DNA of 64,000 bases from an uncultured Bacteroidota bacterium (GTDB lineage Bacteria; Bacteroidota; Bacteroidia; Bacteroidales; SZUA-534), in the NCBI GenBank assembly GCA_946404125.1, contig CAMJCK010000008.1:17667-81666 (forward strand), given 5' to 3'. The notes beneath the pieces are model-generated. The model worked only from the letters and a program-made list of their open reading frames with translations, did no database searches and was not told where the DNA came from. Positions 44,348-56,300 of this stretch are shown here, piece after piece. The first letter of the stretch is position 1, and each line of letters opens with the position of its first letter. The position numbers and the translations under genes are program-made.

Positions 44348-47300
44348 ATGAAAAAACTATTTGCCAAGTTTTTCGCAGTTATGGCTATGGCCATAGGTAC
44401 TGCTGTGTCAGTTTTCGGACAAAACGGTTTCACTTATCAGGCGGTCATCCGCGACTCGGAGGGCGTGCTGGTCACCGGCAGGCAGGTTGAGGTCACGTTC
44501 AGCCTGAAGCACGACGGCACCGTCTACTACTCCGAGAAGCAGGAGGTGAGGACCAACGAGTACGGCAACATCCAGGTTGTCGTGGGCGAGGGAGAGAAGC
44601 TCGACGGCGACTTCGCCAGCGTGCCGTGGAGCACCTTCGACATCAAGATGGAGGTGTCCGTGGAGATTGACGGCAAGCACACAACCCTCGGCGAGGTACC
44701 GGTGCAGGGAGCGCCGTACGCGATGCACGCGCAGAAGGCCGGAGGCATCACGTCGAAGAATGCCAACACCAAGGACGGCGACGCTCTGTTCGCCGTTAAC
44801 GACGCCAGCGGCAACCCCGTGTTCGCCGTTTACGCCGACGGCATTGTGGTGTATGTTGACGACACCGAGACAGCCAAAGCCAAACGCAGCGGCTTTGTGG
44901 TTACCGGACGCTCGGCCACGAAGGGGGAGAGCACGACAGAATACTTCTCGGTAACAGCCGAGGGCACACAGATATACGTTGACGACGTGGCCGACAAGGC
45001 CAAGCGCAGCGGCTTCGTAGTCACGGGCCGCTCGGCCACCAAGGACGGCGACGCAGCCGACTACCTCAAGGTGGGCGGCGAGGGCACCACGATATTCATC
45101 GACGACGACTCGTCGAAAGCCAAACGCAGCGGCTTTGTGGTGACAGGCCGCTCGGCCACCAAGGACGGCGACGAGCCGCAGTACTTCACGGCCACAACAG
45201 AAGGAACGACAGTGTATGTTGACGACACCTCGGCCGACAAGGCCAAACGCAGCGGCTTCGTAGTGACGGGCCGCTCGGCCACCAAGGGCGGCGACGCCGA
45301 CGACTATATGTCAATCGACGGCAGCGGCACACAGGTGTACGTTGACGGACTGGACTCCGACAAGGCCAAGAGAAGCGGCTTTGTGGTTACAGGGCGCTCG
45401 GCTAGCAAGGCCGAGGAGGACACGCTGTTCGCCATCGAGGGCGGATACACCCGCGTGTACATCAACGACGAGGATGAGGACAAGGCCAAGAGGAGCGGAT
45501 TTGTTGTGACAGGCCGCACCGCCTCAAAAGACACCTCAGCCACCAATATCTTCAACGTGAGCGGTGACGGCAACTTGGATATTCTGACCAACGACTTCAC
45601 CGTGAACGACACGCCGGAGGAGACGGAGGAGACGGACACCGCGGCCGTGCAGCCGCAGCCCGGCGACACCACCGGGACACCAGCCCCGGCCCCGGTCATA
45701 CCGAAGCCGAAGAGCCTGTTCACCATCAGCAGCGGAAACGTTCAGGTGGGCACCGAGATGGTTATGATGGGCGACGTCGCCAAGACGATCGAGGCCGACA
45801 CCATCAGTGTTGACACCGTAGAGGCCGAGTTCCCGCAGATAGCGAAGATTGTTGACCGCGCCGACACCATCAGCTGCGCCCCGTACAAGCCGTTCATCTA
45901 TGGCAACGACAGCGACAGCGAGGGATACACCCTGCTTGGAATCTACATTAACGGATCGTTGGCGAAAATCACAGCCACCGACTCGCGCAAGAACAAAGTC
46001 ATACTCTTCGACGCCGACGGCAACGTGATAAAACGCCAGAGAAACGCCACCGTGGCAGTTCTTATGCCCGAGGGCGACACGCAGATATACATCAGGCCTC
46101 TGAAGGCGACAAGCCAGACCATCAGCTTCGGCCTGATGAAGAAGAACGCCGTCGAGCCGTACCAGTACGTCAAGGTTGAGGCCGAGATAGAGGCTTCGGC
46201 CGGAGTTCCGTACAAGGTTAGGACGAGCAGCAACTACGGCGGCCAGATTGTCATAGACGGCACCGTGGCCTACGGCGACCAGCCGACCTTCGAGCCTGTG
46301 CCGATGACCGGCTACAAGTTCGTTCGCTGGAGCGACGGAAGCACGAGGGCCAAACGCACCTTCACCATCCTCGACGACTTCGAGATATCGGCCGAGTTCG
46401 AGCGTATGAGCTACGTTGTCGCTGTTAAATCCGACAACGAGCTGTACGGAACGGTTACCGGCAGCGGCTCGGGCACCTACTGGCACGGCGACACGCTTAG
46501 AGTTGAGGCGGAGCCGGCTACGGGCTACTACTTCAGCAACTGGAGCGGCGCGGAGCTTGGCGACAGCCAGCAGAGCAGCAGCCTTGCGCTGGAGGTGACA
46601 TCGAAACTGAAGCTGATAGCGCACTTCGGCGTGAAGCAGTACACCATAACATTCGACACCGACGGCGGCAGCGAGATAGAGCCGGCCGTTGTGTACTACC
46701 AGGACAAGGTGACCGCGCCCGCCGAGCCGCAGAGAGAGGGCTACCGCTTCCTGGATTGGGAGCCGCGGCTTCCGAAAGAGATGCCTGCGGAGGACCTGAC
46801 CGTGAAGGCTACGTGGAGCGTCAAGCAGTACCTGATCACGTTCGACACCGACGGCGGCACCCCGGTTGACATTATAGACGCCAACTACGGCGAGGCCGTC
46901 ACAACCCCGGAGGCCCCGACCAGAGAGGGCCACACCTTCGCAGGCTGGAGCGACAGCATACCGGCCGTGATGCCGGCGCGCGACTTGAGAATCAAGGCGT
47001 TGTGGACTGTTAACCAGTACACCATCAAGTTCGATACCGACGGCGGCAGCAAGGTTGACAGCATAACAACGGACTACGGCACCAAGATTGCCGCACCTGA
47101 GAATCCGACCAAGGAGGGCTACACCTTTGCCGGTTGGAAGCCAGAGCTTCCGGCCACAATGCCTGCCGAGCTGACAGTCTGCACTGCACAGTGGAGCCTG
47201 AACGCACACAATATTATATATGTGGTTGACGACACCGTTTATGCCACCATCGACAGCGTGAACTACGGCGATGAGATTGAGCCGATAGACGCACCCGAAA

Positions 47301-50300
47301 GGACCGGCTACACCTTCAGCGGATGGAAGTTCAACGGCAAGGATGAGCTGCCGAAGACAATGCCCGACAGCGACATCACCATTACCGGCGGCTTCACGGT
47401 TAACCAGTACACCATCAAGTTCGAGACCGACGGCGGAAGCAAGGTTGACAGCATAACAATGGATTACGGAGCGAAGGTTACAGCACCTGAGAATCCGACC
47501 AAAGAGGGCTACACCTTTGCCGGTTGGAAGCCAGAGCTTCCGGCCACAATGCCTGCCGAGCTGACAGTCTGCACTGCACAGTGGAGCCTGAACGCACACA
47601 ATATTATATATGTGGTTGACGACACCGTTTATGCCACCATCGACAGCGTGAACTATGGCGATGATATTGAGCCGATTGACGCACCCGAAAGGACCGGCTA
47701 CGTGTTTAGCGGATGGCAGAATGTGCCTGCGACGATGCCCGACAGCACCGTCACCATCAGCGGATGGTTCACCGCGGGCTCTGTAACGCTCACGTTCACA
47801 GATGAGAACGGCGAGAACCCGATTGTGATTGCCGGCAACTACGGCGAGAAGGTTAAGATGCCGGAGAACCCGACCAAAGTGGGCTACACCTTCGCAGGCT
47901 GGACACCTGAGGTACCGGCCACAATGCCGGCCGAGGACGCCACCTTCAAGGCCACCTGGAGCGTTAACCAGTACACCATCAAGTTTGAGACCGACGGCGG
48001 AAGCAAGGTTGACAGCATAACAATGGACTACGGTGAGAAGATTGCCGCGCCGGAGAATCCGACCAAAGAGGGCTACACCTTCGCGGGATGGGATCCCGAG
48101 CTGCCCGAGACGATGCCTGTAAACGGAGCGACCTACACGGCGCAATGGACTGTGAACCAGTACACCATCAAGTTTGAGACCGACGGCGGAACCGAGGTTG
48201 ACAGCATAAAGATGAATTACGGCGCGTCGGTTACAGCACCTGAGAATCCGACCAAAGAGGGCTACACCTTTGCCGGTTGGAAGCCGGAGATACCGGCCAC
48301 AATGCCAGCCGAGCTGACAATCTGCACGGCACAATGGAGCCTGAACTCACACAATATTATATATATGGTTGAAGACACAGTCTATGCAACCATAAAGGAT
48401 GTGGCATACGGCACTGAGATTGAGCCTGTTACGATTGCCAGCAAGCCGGGCTACGACTTCAGCGGCTGGATGCTCAACGGCGAGGACGAGATGCCGAAGA
48501 CAATGCCCGACTGCACTGTTGTGCTCAGCGGCAAGTGGACGGCAAGCGACAAGACCGAGTACACGGTGATTGTCTATGTTCAGAACGCCGACAACAAGGA
48601 GTATGGCGAGCTGCCGGAAAGCAGCGAGACCTACTACGGCACCACCGGCACTATGACCAACTATGAGCCGGAGGAGCGCGAGGGCTTCGGGGCGGATGTT
48701 TCGCAGAAAGAAATCAGCGGCGACGGCTCGACGAAGATTTACGTCTACTACAACCGCATCAGCTATGAGATGAACTGGGGCGCCAACGGCGGCCAGTTTG
48801 AGGAAGGCACGACAATGGTGTTTGACACGCTCGCCTACGGAGCGAAGGTTGCAATGCCGAAGAGTCCGACCAGGGAGGGCTACACCTTCGCGGGCTGGAG
48901 CGACACACTGGCAACAATGCCGGCTTCGAACGTAACCGTCACGGCGAAGTGGGAAATCAACAAGCACACAATCACATACACAATTGACGGCGAAGTCTAT
49001 GTAACCGAAAAGAACGTGGTTTACGGAACTGAGATTAAGCCGTTTGATGGTCCCGAAAGGGAGGGCTACACCTTCATCGGATGGAAGTATGACGGCAAGG
49101 AGAAACTGCCGGAGACAATGCCCGACAGCGATGTCTTGTTCACCGGCACGTGGTCGGCAAACGACATCGTCTATGTTGTTGAGCACCTGCAGGCTGACCT
49201 GAGCGGCGAGTACACCATTCTGGCACAGCGCGATACGCTTACAGGCAAGGCAGGCGCCCAGACCGACGCCAAGGCTGAATCGTTCACCGGCTTCGAGGCC
49301 CAGACATTCAGCAACATTGAGATTGGAACCACCGACTTTGAGACAACGGTTGTCATCAACTACAAGCGCCTGAGCTACACACTGACTTGGGACGCCAACG
49401 GCGGAACCATCGACGGCAAGAGCGACAGCACCCAGACACTTCTGTTTGGGGCGCCGATAGTTGCTCCGACAGTTGAGCGCACAGGCTACGAGTGCAGCGG
49501 CTGGGCCGGTCTGGAAGTTGAGACTATGCCAGCCAAAAACCTCTCGGTTATGGCCTTGTGGGGCGCAGGCGAGGTTATCTACACCATTGAGCACAAAGGC
49601 GAGGGAGTAAACGGCGAATACACCATCATTGAGCAGAATACGAAAACCGGAACGACCGGCGAGCAGACAAAAGCCGCACCGAAAGAGTTCCCGGGCTTTA
49701 CCGCACCTGCAAGCATCGGCCAGCAGACAATCAAGGCCGACGGCTCGACAGTGGTTGAAATCCTCTACACCCGCAACAGCTATTACGTGATCTGGGACGC
49801 CAACGGCGGAACCATCGATGGCAAAGAGGCTGACACAGTGCCGGTTATATATGGTGCAACCATAAGCAAGCCTACCAATCTGGTACGCAAGGGCTACTCG
49901 TTCAGCAGCTGGACGCCGGAAGTTCCGGCCCAAATGCCGGCCAGGGACACCACCTTCAGCGCCAAGTGGGATACGCTGACCTACAGCATCACCTTCAAGG
50001 ATACCGCGGGCAGCACATTCGCGATGGCAAACCCGACGGCGTACACCGTCAACGACACAATCGTAATCGAGAATCCTGAGAAAGCAGGTTACACCTTCCA
50101 GGGCTGGACTGGCGGCAAGTGGACAACAGCCACCAAGGATATTGTTATCTTGAACGATACAGGCCGCATTGAGCTGAAAGCCAATTGGAACGCCGATGTA
50201 ACCTTATACAAGGTTCTGCACAAATATGAAAATCTTACCACAGGCTACACTGTTGAAACTGAGCGTCTTTCGGGCTTGACCGGCAGCACGACAACGGCTC

Positions 50301-53300
50301 AGCCGCAGCCGCGTACCGGATTCACGGCTCCCGAGTTTGCCAGCATTCAGCAGCAGACAATCCGCCCGGGCAGCGACACCACAACAATCGAAATCGTCTA
50401 CACCCGCAACAGCTACGACCTGACTTGGAAGGATGGCGATGAAACTATTGACACCGAGCACATTAGGTTTGAGGCCGTAGTGACAATGCACAGCTCGCTC
50501 ACCCTTGACGGTTACACTTTCAAAGGCTGGAGCGACACTCTGACCACAATGCCGGCCGCAAGCACCACACTGACAGCCGTTTGGGAAATCAACCAATACA
50601 CCATCGCATTCGAATCGAATGGTGGCAGCGCAGTTGACGCAATCACAGCCGATTACGATGCTGATGTTACTGCTCCGGCCAACCCGACACGTGAGGGCTA
50701 CACCTTCAAGGGTTGGGCAACCACGGCAACCGCAACGGCTGACGATGTTGTGACAATCGCAAGCAAAATGCCGGTTGGCGGCGCAACATACTACGCCGTT
50801 TGGGCAATCAACCAATACACCATCACCTATGATTTGGATGGTGGCACAGTTGCAACAGCCAACGCCGGGGACTACACCGTTGTAAGCGAGGATATTACCC
50901 TCAACAACCCGACCCGCACGGGCTACACCTTTGCAGGTTGGACCGGCACTGGTTTGAGCGAGGCGACAACAGAGGTTACCATTGCCAAAGGCTCAACTGG
51001 AAACCGCACATTCACAGCTACTTGGTCGCCAATATCGTACACTATAACCGTTACGGCCACCCCCGCTGAGGGCGGAACAGCAACAGGCGGCGGCTCTTAC
51101 GATTACGACGGAACAGCCACTCTTAAAGCCACTCCAGCTACTGGTTATGACTTTATCGGTTGGGACGACGGCGTTACAACCGAACAACGCACCGTTAACA
51201 TCACGGGAGCGGCAAGCTATGTTGCCAACTTCACCAAAAAGACCTTTACGGTAACAGCCTCGGCCAATGAGGCGGAAGGCTCGGTAACTATTTCAGGCAC
51301 GGCGGTTAACGGCAAATACGAGTACGGCTCAACCATTGCGATTACCGCCACACCGGCCACTGGTTATCACTTTGTGAACTGGAACGGCAAGGACGAACTG
51401 AAAGATGCGGAAACCAGTTTTACAGTCACGAAAGACAGCGCGCTCACGGCCAACTTTGCCATCGACCAATTTACCTTGACCTTCGGCTCGACCGACGAAA
51501 CACTGGGCACAGTTGCCGCAAAAGCCAACGGCAAAACCATTGCCAGCGGCAGCAAAGTTGACTACGGCACCGAGGTGACACTCACCGCCACACCGGTGGC
51601 GCACTATCACTTCCACGGCTGGAACGACGCCTACAGCTATAGCGAGCGTACAGTGACAGTGAGTGATGATGTTGAATATGTGGCAGCGTTCGCGCCCGAT
51701 ATTTACGACATAACTCTGGTTGCAAACAATGGCACTGACGACGAGCCTGACGAAATGAGTATTACTTACGGCACCGCCACAACTCTGAAACAGAACAATT
51801 TTGAAAGGCCGGGCTATACATTCGCAGGCTGGGCACTCGAGGAGGGTGGTGAACCTGTTTTTGCCGATAAGGCCAACCTCTATGAAAAAGACAATGCTGA
51901 CACCTGGATTCTCAGCAGTACCACATTCTACGCCAAGTGGACAGCCAACACCAACACTCCGTACTCGGTTGTGGTGTATAAGCAGAAAGTTGACGGCAGC
52001 GGCTACGATGCAGAAACTCTGCAGATGACCGGCACCACCGGCACCGAAGTCAATTACGAGGAGAAGTTTACCGGCTTCACGCTGAACCCGTCCGAGCCAG
52101 TGACCATCAGCGGTGACGGAGATACGCAACTTGAGGTTTACTACTTGCGCAACAGCTACAAACTGACCTGGGACGCCAACGGCGGCAAGTTTGAGAGTGG
52201 CAAGGCGGATTCGGTTGCTACCGTGGCTTATGGGGCTAATGTGGAGATGCCTAAGACGGCGCCCAAGAAGACGGGCTACACCTTCAAAGGCTGGAGCGAC
52301 ACTCTGACCACAATGCCGGCTGAGAACACAACCCTGACAGCCGTTTGGGCTATCAACAAGTACACAGTGATCACACCCGATGCCTACAACGGCACCGTTA
52401 CGGGCGCGGGAACATACGACTATGGCACCGAAGTGACCATTACGGCCACACCCGATGCACACTACCAGTTTGTGAGCTGGAACGGCAACATCGAGTTGGG
52501 TGGCCCAACAGCCAGCTTCACGGTGACGAAAGACACCACGCTGGAAGCCACCTTTGAGCCCATTATGTACGCGCTCAGCTGGGATGCCAACGGCGGCAGC
52601 GATTTGACCGGCTCGTACACCATCGGTAGGTTGCCATTCGGCGAGTCAATTAGCGCTCCCGACGCACCCACACGCGCGGGCTACCAGTTCCTTGGCTGGG
52701 CAACCACGGCTGATGCCACCGAAGCAGTGACCGTGGCCGCAACAATGCCCGATACCGATGTAACATATTATGCAGTATGGAAGCTGCTCACCACGCTTTA
52801 TGTGGCTCCGGAGGCTGGCTCGCCGGCACTCGGAACGGCCGATAAACCGTTTGGCTCGATTGCCGATGCTGCGGCGGCGATGAACAGCGACACCGCCAAC
52901 TACACCATCCGCATCAGCGGAAAGATTGCCGGCACACAGAAACTTGCCAACACATTGAACGGCCGGGCCAAGAGCATCACCCTCTGCGGCCTCACGGGCA
53001 ACACCGCCGACAGTCTCTATGGCAACAACGCGGGCACGGTGCTTATCGATAGCACAACAGTTCCGGTAACGGTTAAGAACCTGAAGATTTCGGGCGGAAA
53101 CGCCGTGAAAGGCGGCGGCATCATAGTGGCTTCAGGAGCCACAGTTACGCTTGAAAGCGGAGCTCTGATTGGCGGAACAGCCGGCACTGCAGCAGCAAGC
53201 AGCAACTCGGCTTGTGCAAACTATGCGCAGCAGGGGGGTGGCGTTTATAGCGAGGGAACGCTCATTCTGAAAAACGGATCTGCAGTAATTTATAATTATA

Positions 53301-56300
53301 GCGATAATGGAGGCGGAATCTTCAGTAGCGGAGGCTCGCTCACAATAGAGGATGGCGCGAAAGTCAACCTTAATGGTGGCGGCGGTATCGTATTAAACGG
53401 TTCTGCATTCGCAATGACCGGCGGCGAGGTATGCAATAATAACAGCAGCAATGGTGCTGGCGGAATCTATATTTTGGGCACCTGCCCCGATGTGATGACC
53501 ATAAGCGGCGGAACAATTTCCGGAAACTCGGTTGGTAGCGATGGCGGCAGCGGCGGAATTTATTATACTGGCGGCAAGACACTTTCCATCAGCGGCACTG
53601 CTGTAATCAGCGGCAACCATTCGGTTTACGAAGGTGGCGGCATAAGAAATTCCTCTGGTTTGCTTGCCCTGAGCGGTGGCACAATCAGCGGTAATTATAG
53701 TGAAATAGCAGGCCGGTCGGGCGGAGGAATTGCCGCTATAGGCAGTGGCTATATAACAATAAGCGATTCCGCTTACATCCCGTCGGGGGCAACAATAAAC
53801 GGAACGTTCAAGACCGGATTAGGTTGCAACGATGTCTTGCAAAACTGGGGTTCAATTACAGTTGTAGGGGCTATTACACCATCTGCGGCTTGTAGCAACG
53901 GCATTGTGGCAAACATCACTCCACGAAATTATGAAAATGGTAATCAGCTGCTTGCCCTTGCCGACACTGTCACCACAACCACCCTTGCGGCCGAGGTTGG
54001 CAAGTTCCGCGTTTCCGACACCGACACCACCGACCTGACAGTGTGGTACATTGACGCCGAAGGCAAGCTGCAGAAAGCAGAGTTCACCGGCACAAGCTAC
54101 AGCAAGACCGGCAGCACAGTACAGTTTGGCGACTGGCCGCAGACCATCAAGGCCGCCGATGTAACCGTGAACGAGCGCGTAGCCTTGCAGCGCGGCTACC
54201 TCACCTACTATCTTGGCAGCGATGGCGAGTGGTATGTGAAAGAGGCGGAAAACGCATTTAGTTCAGATAGTCATTACAAATACAGCAACGGAGTTCAGCC
54301 GGCACAGGGCGGTACACGTTACCAATACTTCAAGGTTGAGCCAATCAAGTGGGACATCCGCACAAACAACTACAGCGGAGCCAAGATGATGCTTGCGCAA
54401 CAGATGCTCACAGGCAACATTCCATACTACGTTCAAACTGAAAGCCGCACCATTGACGGCACCACGGTGAATGCCAACAACTACAAGTATTCAACCGTCC
54501 GCGCCTACCTGAACGGCAGCTACGAGGAGGGCGACACCCAGCCGCAGACCTACAACGGCCAGGGCTTCTTCCAGACAGCCTTCACACCCGCGTTGCAAGC
54601 CCAGATACTCACAACGAACGTTGACGACACATTGAGCGACAAGCTGTTCCTGCTCAACAACGACGAGGCATCGGGAGCAAAATCGACCACCGATTATGGA
54701 AAGGCTACAAATGTGTATATAAGTGCCAATTACAAACCAAATGGCAGTTGGATGCTACGCTCGCCATCGGGCACCACAAATATGTATATTGTTGACATAT
54801 CGCTTGTTGGCTGGGGCGATGGTCACACAAAAGCTGTCAACTCAACCCAATATGGCGTTGTTCCAGCCCTCTGTCTTGAGGCCGATTTTGAGGTGAATTT
54901 TGTCACCAACTGCGACACCGTTATTGCCAAGCAGATGGTTGAAAGGGGCGCTTGCGCGACAGAGCCTGCCATAACCCGCGAGGACTACACATTGCTCGGC
55001 TGGTACGGCGACGAAGCTTGCACTGAAGCATTCGACTTTGCCGGCGCAATAATTCGTGACACAACGCTTTACGCCAAGTGGAGACAGGATTTTGTAGAGG
55101 TTGGCGGAACCCACTTTGACAGCACAGCCGTTGAAGGCTCCAGCGTCTTCATCAGCGGCCGCGAGTTTGCCATTCAGAACCTTGTGGCAGGCACTCACGA
55201 GGTAACACAGACTGAATATGAGGCTGTTATGGGTGTAAACCCAAGCCATTTCAACGGCACGGAAGGTCTTGAGCCTTCTGTTGGCGAAATTCAGGCTTAT
55301 CGCCCGGTTGAGACTGTCAGCTGGTACGATGCCATTGTTTACTGCAACCGCCGTAGCCAAGCCGAAGGGCTTACTGCCTGCTACAAGATTAATGGTGACA
55401 CCGCCACAGCCAATTGGGGAGAAGTTCCGACTTCAAACAACGATACTTGGAACGCGGTAACCTGCGACTTTGAGGCCAACGGCTACCGCCTGCCCACCGA
55501 GGCTGAGTGGGAGTATCTGGCCCGCGGCGGCAATCTCACCAACAGCGGCCAGACCACTTACAGCGGAAGCAATTCGGCTGACAGTGTTGCTTGGTACACT
55601 GACAACAGCAGTAGCAAGACACACGAGGGTAGACTCAAGAAAGCCAACGCCTTAGGCATCTACGATATGAGCGGAAACGTTTATGAGTGGTGCTGGGATT
55701 GGTTCGGCAATATATCGAAGGATACGGCTGCCACAGGTGCATCGTATGGCACTTACCGCGTTACGCGTGGCGGTGCAAAACAAAATGAGGATGACCGTTG
55801 CGAAGTGTCGTTCCGCGACAATCTGTCGCCATTCAACAGTGGTGACTACCTCGGCCTCCGCGTGGTTCGCACCAATGTTTCGGCCACCACGCACACCGTT
55901 AGCATCAATGCTATGAACGGCTCAGCAATAGCCAGCCAGACAGTTTGGAAAGGCTACATCCTCTCGAAACCCGCCACACCAACCCGCGAGGGCTATGTAT
56001 TCCTTGGCTGGTACGGCACCGCGGATTACACTAAACCGTTCGATTTTGCCGGCGCAATCACTTCCGACACAACCATCTACGCCAAGTGGGGGCAATACTA
56101 CGCCAAAGTGGGCGGCACACTCTATTACGACAAGGAATCGACCATTTCAGCCATCAGTCAGATTTACAAAAATGATACTATAGAGCTCTACAGCGCGGTA
56201 ACAGCTGCCGATTTGGGCAAGGCAGATGAGCCGAACACCATCATCTATGCAATCAAATACATTCAAAGCCAAATTGGAGTAACTCTTGTGGTGCCAGAGG

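Noticed and set aside
45536-48334. A very long antisense ORF (932 aa) inside the giant gene. Similar ones lie at 48347-49933, 50204-50815, 51329-52462 and 57386-58114, and at 4315-5505 inside the LRR gene.
   Set aside because: Each is fully embedded opposite a strongly supported repeat-protein frame. Their translations are low-complexity and R/G/A/V-rich. They have no -7 box or plausible start context. They are the expected shadow ORFs of GC-rich third-position, repeat-rich coding DNA.
55650-55880. DGR variable region at the C-terminal end of the FGE-sulfatase domain.
   Set aside because: No reverse transcriptase, accessory gene or template repeat was seen anywhere in the 64 kb, and the domain is internal rather than C-terminal. 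It is kept only as a low-interest check.
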